From the NCBI GenBank assembly GCA_965246715.1, contig CBDFFH010000047.1:128001-192000 (forward strand): DNA of 64,000 nt. Reading direction: 5' to 3'. The notes under the pieces were generated by a model, which saw nothing but the letters and a program-made list of their open reading frames with translations, did not search any database and was not told the DNA's origin. The position numbers were made by a program, and so were the translations under genes. Origin of the DNA: Chamaesiphon sp. Its GTDB lineage: Bacteria > Cyanobacteriota > Cyanobacteriia > Cyanobacteriales > Chamaesiphonaceae. Positions 1-9,819 of the stretch are shown in pieces (positions within the stretch are counted from its first letter, which is position 1; each line of letters starts with the position of its first letter).

Positions 1-352
1 TGGTGCGAGTTTAGCACGCCTGGACGAATGCGTCGAAATCAGTCGGACATTTTTTACCGACACTGCTACTCCCAATGAGGAAGCAACTGCTAAACTCAGC
101 CAGCCAGGAGCGAAGGAAGTTTTAACCAGCTTAGGCGCAGCCTTAAAAGCTCAGCCAGATTTGACAGAGAGCGAGGCACAGGAACTCATTAAGGCGGTGA
201 CAAAAGAGCAAAATGTCAAAAAGGGTGTCACCATGCAAAGTCTGCGTGCTGCGCTCACTGGTGAGGTTCACGGGCCGGATCTGATGCAATCTTTGCTGTT
301 ACTCCATCAACATCAGTTAGCCGTACCTCGGATCGAGCGCGCGATCGGCTAA
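1..352 (+). CDS. gltX: Glutamate--tRNA ligase, C-terminal part (truncated by window start)
   Basis: Frame open from position 2; C-terminal motif KKGVTMQSLRAALTGEVHGPDL typical of the GluRS anticodon-binding domain. Confidence 0.9.
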   Translation, partial: GASLARLDECVEISRTFFTDTATPNEEATAKLSQPGAKEVLTSLGAALKAQPDLTESEAQELIKAVTKEQNVKKGVTMQSLRAALTGEVHGPDLMQSLLLLHQHQLAVPRIERAIG

Positions 353-370
353 TAATATTAATGTAGATCC

Positions 371-433
371 AGGGTATCCACAAGGGGCACCCCTACAGGT
401 TAATTGTGTCGGGGTGCCCCTTGCGGGTACCCT
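371..433. repeat. Inverted REP-like doublet (GTAG-type palindromes)
   Basis: agggtatccacaaggggcacccctaca ... tgtcggggtgccccttgcgggtaccct are near-perfect reverse complements. Confidence 0.7.
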
Positions 434-490
434 CAGATCTCAGCTTTTGCTAGTCCTTATGTATTGCGGCAAGATGTGAGTTAATCAATT

Positions 491-538
491 CAACAGGATG
501 CGAGCGTAACTGCGATCGCATCCTGTTGGCTGGTCAAA
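491..538. terminator. Stem-loop downstream of gltX
   Basis: caacaggatgcga ... tcgcatcctgttg 13-bp inverted repeat. Confidence 0.45.
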
Positions 539-644
539 TTGATGTTAGATAACAACAATTAAGATCTGTAGCATAAGTTTCACCGATCGGTATAACTTAG
601 GATTGGGCATACTTGATATATCCAGGATCTTAATCAGAAATACT

Positions 645-1160
645 ATGATGAAATATTTATCTACAGCCACCTTAATTCTGGCATCATTATCGATCGGCGC
701 TAGCAGCGTTGTGGCACAGTCAAATTCTAACCAGACTCCCATTATCGACGGCTCCAATGGCGGACAGGCAAATGGTAATGCCGTCAACCAAGGTAATGCA
801 CAAACCAGTCAAAGTAACTCCACCGGTCAAACGAATAGTCAGCAAGTCATCTATCCCAACATCCCGATCAATCCGATCTTTCAAAGCCCTGTCAATACTG
901 AAAACGATCTGGGGATCAATCTCGGCGGAGCGATCAACACATTGGATGGTAGAAATGTAACTGTCTTCCTCGGAATCACTTATCAGCCGGGACGCACTGA
1001 CGATCACAATGCGCGCATGGCCAAATTGAAATCAGAAACTCAACTACTCGAATCCCAAAGAAACGCCACTCAAACCCAACTGCAACTCCTCAAACAGCAA
1101 GTAACAGAGCAAGAAATTCGGTTGAGAAGAATGCAATCAGAACAGGTTGTGCCTAAATAA
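645..1160 (+). CDS. Secreted hypothetical protein (signal peptide, N/Q/S/G-rich, C-terminal coiled coil)
   Basis: ORF 603-1160; ATGATG at 645 precedes signal peptide MKYLSTATLILASLSIGASSVVA. Confidence 0.7.
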   Translation: MMKYLSTATLILASLSIGASSVVAQSNSNQTPIIDGSNGGQANGNAVNQGNAQTSQSNSTGQTNSQQVIYPNIPINPIFQSPVNTENDLGINLGGAINTLDGRNVTVFLGITYQPGRTDDHNARMAKLKSETQLLESQRNATQTQLQLLKQQVTEQEIRLRRMQSEQVVPK

Positions 1161-1373
1161 CGTGAGTTCGGGTTAAAGATGTCCACTTAATGACTCCTAG
1201 CTTCGTTTCTGAACCGCCCTCAAATGAATTAGTTGCTCATAGCAAAAGTTCGTTTCAACGAACTAATCAATTGGGCAGTTCTCTTCAGAGAACTTTTGCT
1301 ATTAGCCCGAACTTATAGTTCAGGGCGGTGCTTGAACGGAGCAGATCGATTTTCCTTATCCCGAACTCACGTT
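1159..1373. mobile_element. MITE family A (AACGTNAGTTCGGGTTAAG-type TIRs) with multi-hairpin core
   Basis: TIRs aacgtgagttcgggttaa / ttatcccgaactcacgtt; flanking AAAT duplication at 1155-1158 and 1374-1377. Confidence 0.9.
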
Positions 1374-1415
1374 AAATAATGCTTGATTGGAGTATTCCAT
1401 TCGCGGAACTATATT

Positions 1416-1483
1416 GAGGAGGGTAGGTTTTGTTCGAGATCGATAGTCAGGCTCTGAGGATACTTGCATAAACCTATCCCCAC
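1416..1483. repeat. Degenerate REP-like inverted doublet
   Basis: gggtaggtttt ... aaacctatccccac; shares ggttttgttcga with the 9388 copy. Confidence 0.5.
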
Positions 1484-1530
1484 AGATTCTCAATTTACGA
1501 TCGCGATTGAAGCATTACAGTGAAATGTGC

Positions 1531-2268
1531 TTACGTCCATTCGGCATTCGATCGATCTTCCAAGTCGCGAATTTCCTGTTGGAGACTTTGCCAATCGACT
1601 GTACTGCTCGGTCGATCGAATGCTAATTTTCCATCTTGGAGATAGAGCGATCGATCGCTAAATTTTACCGCTAACTCCAATTGATGATTGACAATTATCG
1701 CTCCCATATTTTGAGATTTACAAAGATTATAAATAAACTCTAAGATGCGTTCGGCGGTAGTAAAATCTAAGTTAGCGATCGGTTCGTCGAGTAATAATAT
1801 TTGCGGTTGAGTAATCAATCCTCTGGCGATCGAGACTAGTTGTTTTTGTCCGGTAGAAAGTTGTGATTCAAGGCGATCGAACCATTCGGTCGGGATCTGC
1901 AAGCGTTCGGTAATATTCACGATTCGCTGTTTGATTTCGGCTGAATCTAGTGATTGTAATTGCAATGGATAAGCCAGCGCCTCCCGCACTTTCATCCCCA
2001 ATAATTTAGGCTCTTGACCGACTAGCATAATCCGCCGCCGTAAGGCGACTGGGGGTATGGTGCAATAGTCGATTCCCGCTAGAGATATCTCCCCAGCTGT
2101 CGGCTCGCTGAGTCGATTTATCAGTCGAAGGAGCGTACTTTTGCCAGCTCCTGTCAGTCCGGTTACGGCGATGCATTCTCCTGCCGCTAGACTCAATGAA
2201 ATATCGGTGAGCAGCGGTTGGGTAAAATTTGCTGGCGTATAACTAATTCGATCGAGTTGAAGTAGCAA
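1531..2268 (-). CDS. ABC transporter ATP-binding protein
   Basis: Walker A GLTGAGKS, signature LSTGQKQ, Walker B LLLDEP. Confidence 0.9.
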   Translation of the reverse strand: MLLQLDRISYTPANFTQPLLTDISLSLAAGECIAVTGLTGAGKSTLLRLINRLSEPTAGEISLAGIDYCTIPPVALRRRIMLVGQEPKLLGMKVREALAYPLQLQSLDSAEIKQRIVNITERLQIPTEWFDRLESQLSTGQKQLVSIARGLITQPQILLLDEPIANLDFTTAERILEFIYNLCKSQNMGAIIVNHQLELAVKFSDRSLYLQDGKLAFDRPSSTVDWQSLQQEIRDLEDRSNAEWT

Positions 2269-2308
2269 GCTGGTTGTTGGTTATTAGTTATTAGCGATCG
2301 ACGAACGG

Positions 2309-3154
2309 TTATTTATTTAAATTGTGTGCCCGATAAAAAGTTTCTAGACTATTAATATCGCCGACAAAGCGCCAATGCCAGGGTTCGTAACTAACTTTCT
2401 GAATATTTCCTTTAGGAAAAGATAGCTCGAAACTGTACTTTGCCGCATTTGCTTTAAGCCATTTATAGGCAGGCGTAGTGTCAAAGTTTTGATTTAAATT
2501 AGTCGCAGCAACTCCACTGTCACCAACATCGACTGCATAACCAGTATGATGCTCGCTATACTTCGGCGGTGCGCTGACTTCGGCGCGTTTGGTCGGCTGT
2601 TGGCCGCGTTCGGCTCCTACGCCAAAAAACAGCCGTTTTTGATCTTCAACCGATCGAAATGCCGAAATCGTGGTGATATTTATCCCCTGAGATCGCGCAT
2701 CGGTGACCATTGCTTGAAATTTAGCCGCAGCGGCTTTGCGCAACCGATAACCGCCACCGATGGCGACTAATTCGGCTTCTGGAGCCTCAGTATACGATAG
2801 GTGGTTTAAGACGTTATCTGCATCAGGGGACTGACTAGAGGCCGTTGTCGTACTAGCTACGGTAGCTGGTGCAGGATTAGAATTTGAGGTCGCAGGCGCA
2901 TTATGTGACATGGTGGCAAAGACAAAAGCAGTGCCGCCAGCAAGTAGTAATACTCCCAACCCGATCGCAATCATCCCGATCGGTAGTTGTTTTTTAGGGG
3001 CTACACTACTTGAGGGAGTTTGCAATCTGGCGCTTCGACCATCGCGCAAGGCTGCGGGAATGTCTTCGGCTTTACCTAGATTAGCCGAGTTATTTGCTGG
3101 TCTAGACCGATCTGAATTACTCAACTTTTGCTCCCTGGTGCGACTATATTGCAT
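2309..3154 (-). CDS. D-alanyl-D-alanine carboxypeptidase (M15B/VanY family), membrane anchored
   Basis: SAFRS, SEHHTGYAVD and YEPWHWRF motifs; N-terminal TM helix. Confidence 0.9.
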   Translation of the reverse strand: MQYSRTREQKLSNSDRSRPANNSANLGKAEDIPAALRDGRSARLQTPSSSVAPKKQLPIGMIAIGLGVLLLAGGTAFVFATMSHNAPATSNSNPAPATVASTTTASSQSPDADNVLNHLSYTEAPEAELVAIGGGYRLRKAAAAKFQAMVTDARSQGINITTISAFRSVEDQKRLFFGVGAERGQQPTKRAEVSAPPKYSEHHTGYAVDVGDSGVAATNLNQNFDTTPAYKWLKANAAKYSFELSFPKGNIQKVSYEPWHWRFVGDINSLETFYRAHNLNK

Positions 3155-3254
3155 TCTGACATAGAGTTGATGTCTATCGATCCTGAAAATACTGATTTGT
3201 CAGCATCATCTTAGTTTCAGTATTCCCAATCAGGAGACGAGTTACCCACGTCGA

Positions 3255-4463
3255 TTAAAGGGAAGACTTCAACTGCTGTAAAGCTTGCACCAACTCTTGG
3301 GCGGTTTGATAGCGCTCGCGCGGTCGCCGTTGCGTGACTTTATCGATTAGTGATTGTAACGCAGTTGGTACGTTGGGAACTTGGGTGATATTAAAGCGGT
3401 ACCCATCCGGTTGCAACTCCAAAAAATCAGCCGGATTGCGCCCGGTAATTAGAAAAATTATCGTCGGGCCGATTGCATATAAGTCTGACTGAGTACAGGG
3501 TTTACCGTTATTTTGCTCTGGTGCCATATAATCTGGTGCCCCAATCTTCGTCCCGCCTAAAGTACCGATTTCTTTAACCGCACCGAAATCGAGCAAGAAG
3601 ATGCGTTTATCGATCGTCCGCACTAATAAATTAGCTGGTTTAATATCGCGATGGATCAGCGGCGGCTGGGCAGCATGAATATAACCCAGAATATCGCACA
3701 ATTGGATCGTCCAATCGATTGCTCGCGCTAAGGTTACCGCACCACGATCGAATACATACCGCTCCAAGTCTTGCCCATGAATCAGTTCCATTGCTAAATA
3801 TTTACGTTGGTGCTCGACAAAGAAATCATAATACTCGGGAATGCCGGGATGATGCAGGCTTTGGAGGATTTTGGCTTCGCGCTCGAATAATTCCTGCGCT
3901 TTGGCAATTTCAGCCATATCCGCATTCATTTCTTTGAGTACTAACAATTTATGCAGATCCCAAGCTAAATAAGTCGTCCCCATCCCGCCTTGTCCCAAGA
4001 TCTTCAGGATCTGATAATTACGAATCTGGTGACTGACAATAATCGGCTGTCCGCAGTGGATACAAAATAGGGTACCAGAGGGGTTATCTAGGTGGGTACA
4101 GCTCACCACAGGCACAACTGGCACGCTCGGTTTGACTGGTGCCACATCGAGTTGAATCGTTAATAACGCGCCGCCCTGTGATAATTGAATTCGATCGTTA
4201 TTTGTAACGAGAACGCGATCGATCGACAGATCGTTTACAAAGGTACCGTTAGCACCGCGATTGAAAATCTGCCAGTAGCCACCGCCTTGAGACAAGCTGG
4301 TATATTCGATCGTCGCATGCAGCCGCGAAATCGATGGTCGATCGACTACTACCTCATTATCTGGCGATCGACCGATCCGAATCGGTGCTGGCGGTACAAA
4401 TTCCCACTGCTGGATGGTCTGACTCCTACTATCGTCCCACAGGGAAATCTGAATATTTTTCAT
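3255..4463 (-). CDS. FHA-domain Ser/Thr protein kinase with zinc ribbon
   Basis: FHA motifs IGRS..SRLHA..NGTF; FCIHCG; kinase motifs LGQGGMG, HRDIKPAN, DFG; likely start ATG 4463 (ORF extends to 4541). Confidence 0.9.
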   Translation of the reverse strand: MKNIQISLWDDSRSQTIQQWEFVPPAPIRIGRSPDNEVVVDRPSISRLHATIEYTSLSQGGGYWQIFNRGANGTFVNDLSIDRVLVTNNDRIQLSQGGALLTIQLDVAPVKPSVPVVPVVSCTHLDNPSGTLFCIHCGQPIIVSHQIRNYQILKILGQGGMGTTYLAWDLHKLLVLKEMNADMAEIAKAQELFEREAKILQSLHHPGIPEYYDFFVEHQRKYLAMELIHGQDLERYVFDRGAVTLARAIDWTIQLCDILGYIHAAQPPLIHRDIKPANLLVRTIDKRIFLLDFGAVKEIGTLGGTKIGAPDYMAPEQNNGKPCTQSDLYAIGPTIIFLITGRNPADFLELQPDGYRFNITQVPNVPTALQSLIDKVTQRRPRERYQTAQELVQALQQLKSSL

Positions 4464-4776
4464 GGAGCTAGCGGCGTGTACGTAATAAGTAATTAGTAGT
4501 TTATGATTTGCGGCTTGTAATTGGAAAACACCACCTGTCACTAGTTACTATTATTCACCAGCCACTAACCATAATTCACTAAGTAGGGTTGTATAAATAT
4601 TATCGACGAGATTGAGCTTCGCGCAAACCGAGCTGGCATCGATCTTGCACTTGTGTCTTACTGCATTTACTCGTAATTACCCACAAATTTATCACAACAC
4701 GAACGAGGAGGCTTGTTTGAGTGGGATTAGGGATCGGGTAAAATGTGATGCTCAGATGTAAGTTATTGGTTGGCTG

Positions 4777-5973
4777 ATGAAAATTAATCGATCTGTTTTG
4801 GTTTCTGCCCGAAGATGGTCAAAGAAAACAATCTCGGTTATCACGATTTCGATCGCGATACTGGTAATTGTAATGGTAACTCATCCACTCGATCGATCTA
4901 GCGTCAATGCCCAGTCTCAACCGAAACCGTTAGCAACTCCGACACCAATTGCTACGCCTACACCAACGATTAATGGAAAAACGATTAAGGTTGCCACTAG
5001 GCTGATTTCACCTTTTGTAGTTGAACAGAATGGTGAACTCGGGGGCTTTAGTATCGAGCTGTGGCAGAATATCGCGCGCGAGTTAAAGATCGAATCAACT
5101 TTTCAGAAATATGCGAATGTCACAGATCTCTTGAATGCCGTTAAATCAAAACAGGCGGATTTAGCAATTTCAGCAATTTCAGTCACCTCGCAACGCGAAC
5201 AGTCTTTTGATTTCTCACAACCAATTTTTGATTCGGGATTGCAAATTTTAGTTCGCAGTCAAGGGTCACAAAGCGCGATCGGTAGATTGGTAAATTCGCT
5301 ATTTACACCAACGTTATTTCAATTATTAGGCATCATGGCACTAATTGTCTTAATTCCCGCACATATCATCTGGCTGGTAGAACGCAATCACAAGGGTGGA
5401 TTTTTAGAAAATAGTGCTTACTTCCCAGGTATTTTTAAAGCTTGTTGGTGGGCGGCGGCGACCCTAGCTACTCAAGCAGAGGAAATGCCTAAAAGTGCCT
5501 GGGGTCGGATTATGGCAGTAATTTGGATGTTTATCAGTGTGGTATTTATCGCCTACTTTACAGCGACAGTTACGGCATCACTCACTGTCGACCAACTTCA
5601 GAGTAATATTAAAGGCCCTGGCGATTTACCTGGCAAAAAAGTAGCAACGATCGTCGGTAGTACTTCGGCAAATTATCTCAGCCAACAAAAATTAGACGCG
5701 AAAGAATTCAAGCAAATAAATGAAGCTTATGATGCTTTAAATAATAGCGAAATCGATGCGATCGTTTATGATGCACCGATTTTACTATATTATGCAGCTC
5801 ATGATGGTAAAGGAAAAGTCCAAGTGGTTGGCAATATTTTCCGCAAAGAAAGTTATGCGATCGCCTTACCAAATGGTACGCCTTATCGCAAGCAAATCAA
5901 TAATGCCCTCCTTTCACTTCAAGAGAAAGGTACTTATCAGGAAATTTATGATAAATGGTTTACTAGCAAGTAA
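4777..5973 (+). CDS. Prokaryotic ionotropic glutamate receptor (GluR0-like): split substrate-binding domain with M1-P-M2 channel insert
   Basis: SBP motifs AISAISVTSQRE and IVYDAPIL interrupted by TM-pore-TM with FIAYFTATVTASLT. Confidence 0.85.
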   Translation: MKINRSVLVSARRWSKKTISVITISIAILVIVMVTHPLDRSSVNAQSQPKPLATPTPIATPTPTINGKTIKVATRLISPFVVEQNGELGGFSIELWQNIARELKIESTFQKYANVTDLLNAVKSKQADLAISAISVTSQREQSFDFSQPIFDSGLQILVRSQGSQSAIGRLVNSLFTPTLFQLLGIMALIVLIPAHIIWLVERNHKGGFLENSAYFPGIFKACWWAAATLATQAEEMPKSAWGRIMAVIWMFISVVFIAYFTATVTASLTVDQLQSNIKGPGDLPGKKVATIVGSTSANYLSQQKLDAKEFKQINEAYDALNNSEIDAIVYDAPILLYYAAHDGKGKVQVVGNIFRKESYAIALPNGTPYRKQINNALLSLQEKGTYQEIYDKWFTSK

Positions 5974-5974
5974 C

Positions 5975-6709
5975 CTAAAATTGACAATAATCTCTACTGT
6001 GGGTAATCTCTGCCCAGCGTGCAGATAGGAACCGAGCGTATTCGGTCGAAAATAATCCATAACAACCGATCGAATAGCCCTCATTTACCTCTACCATTAA
6101 AGTTTTACCAGTATCAGTTAAGCCAAAATCGATCGCATAACTTGCAGGTGCAGATTTGTAAGCAGCAACGGCATCTTTAATAATTTGTGGATCGAAATGT
6201 ACCGCCCAATCACCCCGATACAAACGCATATCTAGAATTTCATTATACCTCACAAAACATCGCCATTCTGCCAGGAATTTAACTGGCTCCGAACACCATA
6301 TTTCTGTGTCTATAAGTTCATCACCACAGCTAATTAAGTCTTTAGGGCTTTTAATTACTCGCCCTGTAAATTTCTTGGTTTCTTTCGATGGTTTGACAAA
6401 CACATTCCAAAGTTCGGGATGCTTGGCAATATAATTAATCTGCGATTTCCAGATCTTCCGACCGAGAAACTGTTGTAATTCTGCGGGATAATTAACCTCC
6501 TCTGGTGGCGTAATACCCAATTTTAGTAAAGCTTGCTGAACGTGGTCGATACACCCGACTACGACTTCATCTGGCTGAAGATCGTTTAGCTCATCATTGG
6601 AATAGAAAGGAATGATTTCCCATCCTAGTTTGCGAAAGCCATCATAAGCCACAGCACCATTAGTAGTAATAAATTCGCGATTGGCGTTTTGACGGATATA
6701 GACTTTCAT
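5975..6709 (-). CDS. ATP-grasp domain protein (DUF4343/R2K-like)
   Basis: VFVKP, EWRCFV, YAIDFG and MVEVNEG motifs; likely start ATG 6709. Confidence 0.7.
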   Translation of the reverse strand: MKVYIRQNANREFITTNGAVAYDGFRKLGWEIIPFYSNDELNDLQPDEVVVGCIDHVQQALLKLGITPPEEVNYPAELQQFLGRKIWKSQINYIAKHPELWNVFVKPSKETKKFTGRVIKSPKDLISCGDELIDTEIWCSEPVKFLAEWRCFVRYNEILDMRLYRGDWAVHFDPQIIKDAVAAYKSAPASYAIDFGLTDTGKTLMVEVNEGYSIGCYGLFSTEYARFLSARWAEITHSRDYCQF

Positions 6710-6835
6710 AGATAAAATTTGTAAATGTAGCTGAGATAATTCGATCGAGAGCTGTCTATTCTTTAGCTTACCCAAGTTTGTGATAATAAAGCTGCGATCG
6801 AGATCTATTATCAATCTAAGTTAAATTTTTGATTT

Positions 6836-7609
6836 ATGTATGACTGGCACTATACTTTAACAGGCGATCGATCCTTACCGCCATTGTTACTTTTACATGG
6901 ATGGATGGGGAGTAGTGACGATTATACTGAGGTAATTTCATCATTACGATCGCATTTTTATTGTATCGCGATCGATTTACCCGGTCACGGTCAAACTGAA
7001 GTTATTGGTAACGATCCTGGCTATAATTTTATTGCTACTGCTACAGGAATAGTTGAATTATTAGATAGTTTAAAGATCGATCGATGTGCGATCGCAGGAT
7101 ATTCTTTCGGCGGTAGATTGGCATTGTATCTCGCCCTAGAATTTCTCGATCGATTCGAGCGAGTTATACTCGAATCTACATCTCCAGGTTTATCAACTAT
7201 AGCCGAACGAGAGGCTAGAATCGTTAGCGACGATCGGATTATCGCTCGACTAGAAACAACCGATTTTCAAGCTTTTGCCGATAGGTGGTATCAACAGCCG
7301 ATCTTTATCGGTATCGACAAACACCCAGATTTTCCAGCACTGATGCAGCGACGACTTACCAACGATCCGCATAAATTAGCTAAGTCATTAAAATATGCTG
7401 GATTGGGACGACAACCATATTTACTCGAAAGATTAAAAGCTCACGATCGACCGATCTTATTAATTGTCGGTGAAGACGATCCTAAATTTGTCTCGATCGC
7501 GCAATCTCTCGATCGAGTTTGTAATTATCTCACTGTAAATATCGTACCTAATTGTAGTCATAATGTGCATTTTCAGCAGCCGCGATCGTGGCTCGATCTA
7601 GTGAGCTAA
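6836..7609 (+). CDS. menH: 2-succinyl-6-hydroxy-2,4-cyclohexadiene-1-carboxylate synthase
   Basis: Alpha/beta hydrolase: LHGWMG, DLPGHG, GYSFGGR, WYQQPIF, HNVH. Confidence 0.85.
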   Translation: MYDWHYTLTGDRSLPPLLLLHGWMGSSDDYTEVISSLRSHFYCIAIDLPGHGQTEVIGNDPGYNFIATATGIVELLDSLKIDRCAIAGYSFGGRLALYLALEFLDRFERVILESTSPGLSTIAEREARIVSDDRIIARLETTDFQAFADRWYQQPIFIGIDKHPDFPALMQRRLTNDPHKLAKSLKYAGLGRQPYLLERLKAHDRPILLIVGEDDPKFVSIAQSLDRVCNYLTVNIVPNCSHNVHFQQPRSWLDLVS

Positions 7610-7808
7610 TTGCTGCCATCTTAAAGTATAGACTGATACATTAAACCACTAATCTTAATATTCCTTTCAAACTTAGTGGTATTTGGATATCATGAACTGT
7701 GACAGCAATCGGATCGTTAGATCCAAGTGATATATCCTATCTCGGATCGATCGATACTCCAATCGAGCTACGATCTAAGTTACCTCGAACAGATTTATCT
7801 GCGAGAAT

Positions 7809-7843
7809 AATCCAAAATCCAAAATCCAAAATCCAAAATTCAA
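7809..7843. repeat. Short tandem heptamer repeat (AATCCAA)n, STRR-type
   Basis: About 5 tandem units immediately before the ATG at 7844. Confidence 0.85.
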
Positions 7844-9376
7844 ATGACCACCGATTTTAACTGGAATAAGCTGCAAAATGGCTCAGATATTCGCGGGATC
7901 GCGCTCGAGGGGGTGCCGAACGAGCAAGTTAATTTGACACCCGCAGTTGCGCGCATTTTAGGGCAAGCTTTCGCTGTTTGGCTAGCGCAAACGGTCGATA
8001 AATCTACTTCCGAACTCACAATTTCCGTAGGACGCGATAGTCGCTTATCCGGCCCAGCATTGATGCAGGCAGTAACGGAAGGGATTAATTCGGTGGGATG
8101 TCGGGTATATGATTTTGCAATGGCTTCGACACCTGCGATGTTCGTGAGTACCATTACCGCCGGATTTGAGTGCGATGGGGCAATTATGCTTACCGCCAGC
8201 CATTTACCATTCAATCGCAATGGTTTAAAATTTTTCACGGTTAAAGGTGGTTTAGAAAAGCAAGATATTTCGGCAATATTAGCTTTAGCTGCAACTAATA
8301 AATTTGAGATTGCCGCCGTTAAAGGAAGTACGATCGAGCATGATTTTATCTCAGTATATGCCAACCAATTTGTCGAACAAATTCGGCAAGCTGTCAACCA
8401 TCCCGAACATTTCGATCGACCGTTACAGGGATTGAAAATTATCGTCGATGCCGGGAATGGTGCAGGGGGGTTTTATGCCGATCGAGTATTGCAACCGCTC
8501 GGTGCAGATATTACTGGGAGCCAGTTTCTCGAACCAGATGGCACCTTCCCCAATCACGTTCCCAATCCTGAAGATAAGGCGGCAATAGCTTCGATTTGTC
8601 AAGCAACGATCGATTCTCAGGCGGACTTTGGGATTATTTTCGATACGGATGTCGATCGCAGTGCGGCGGTAGATGCCACAAGCAAAGAACTCAATCGCAA
8701 TCGCTTAATCGCGCTAATTTCGGCAATTGTATTGCAGGAACATCCACATTCAACGATCGTAACCGATTCGATTACATCTGATGGCTTGACACAATTTATC
8801 GAACAGGATTTAAAAGGAGTTCACCATCGATTTAAACGTGGTTATAAAAATGTCATCAATGAATCGCTCCGACTGAACCAATGCGGGCAAGAATCTTGGC
8901 TCGCGATCGAAACTTCGGGGCATGGTGCGATGAAAGAAAATCATTTCCTCGATGATGGTGCTTATCTAGTCAGCAAACTCTTAATCGAGCTAGCCAAGGC
9001 AAAGTTAGCGGGCAAGTCTTTAACCGATCTGATTGTTAATTTAAAAGAGCCAGTCGAAAGTGAAGAATATCGGATCGGGATTGGCGCAGAAGATTTCAAA
9101 GCACATGGTAATCTGATTATCGATCGACTTCAAGCATTTGCCGCGAGTCAATCGGATTGGAAAATTGTACCAAACAACTATGAAGGAATCCGCATTTCTT
9201 GCCCATCTGCGAGTGAAGATGGCTGGTTGCTCTTGCGCTTATCCCTGCACGATCCAGTGATTCCACTAAATATCGAGTCTAATGTCCAAGGTGGAGTTAA
9301 GCTGATTCTCGATCGATTATTGGCTTTTTTCCAAACTCAGGAATCTCTGAATTTATCAGCGCTTAAATCGTCGTAA
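7844..9376 (+). CDS. Phosphoglucomutase/phosphomannomutase
   Basis: GSDIRG, TASHLP (phosphoserine), FDTDVDR metal-binding loop. Confidence 0.92.
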   Translation: MTTDFNWNKLQNGSDIRGIALEGVPNEQVNLTPAVARILGQAFAVWLAQTVDKSTSELTISVGRDSRLSGPALMQAVTEGINSVGCRVYDFAMASTPAMFVSTITAGFECDGAIMLTASHLPFNRNGLKFFTVKGGLEKQDISAILALAATNKFEIAAVKGSTIEHDFISVYANQFVEQIRQAVNHPEHFDRPLQGLKIIVDAGNGAGGFYADRVLQPLGADITGSQFLEPDGTFPNHVPNPEDKAAIASICQATIDSQADFGIIFDTDVDRSAAVDATSKELNRNRLIALISAIVLQEHPHSTIVTDSITSDGLTQFIEQDLKGVHHRFKRGYKNVINESLRLNQCGQESWLAIETSGHGAMKENHFLDDGAYLVSKLLIELAKAKLAGKSLTDLIVNLKEPVESEEYRIGIGAEDFKAHGNLIIDRLQAFAASQSDWKIVPNNYEGIRISCPSASEDGWLLLRLSLHDPVIPLNIESNVQGGVKLILDRLLAFFQTQESLNLSALKSS

Positions 9377-9387
9377 ATGCCAGTGTG

Positions 9388-9453
9388 GTTAGGGCGGGTT
9401 TTGTTCGATAGTTGTTAATGACAGCAGAGATTATTAATATAAATCTACCCTTG
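9388..9453. repeat. Degenerate REP-like inverted doublet
   Basis: gttagggcgggtttt ... aaatctaccctt. Confidence 0.5.
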
Positions 9454-9547
9454 TAAATCTCAATTACCAGCATTCAATATTTCTTTGTGAATGCTGGTGG
9501 GGCTGGGCGAATTTGCTCGAGATTTCTGGAATTTAGTTGTCGGTTGT

Positions 9548-9660
9548 AGCCCTCAAATGAATTTGGGGCTAAGAGCGTAAGTTCGTTTCACGAACTAATA
9601 TCCATCTTTAGTTATCTTCAGATAACTTGTGCTATGAGCGCGAAATTCCATTTCAGCGCG
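9548..9660. repeat. Multi-hairpin core of the MITE at 1159-1373, without TIRs
   Basis: gccctcaaatgaatt, aagttcgtttca(a)cgaactaat and agtt.tcttcaga.aactt.tgctat.agc are shared with ~1216-1310. Confidence 0.75.
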
Positions 9661-9819
9661 GATGTCGATCGCACCGATAATCCACAACCGATCGAATTTA
9701 ACTCGATCGACTAAAACCAAAATAAATTATCATTATCTAAATTAGATTTGAATCGATAAAAATCATCCAAGATCTGTAGATGCGGGTTTATACTATCCAT
9801 ATCGTCTGCACTAAAAATT

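Noticed and set aside
462..483. Possible lone TIR (tattgcggcaagatgtgagtta)
   Set aside because: No matching partner end or TSD found nearby
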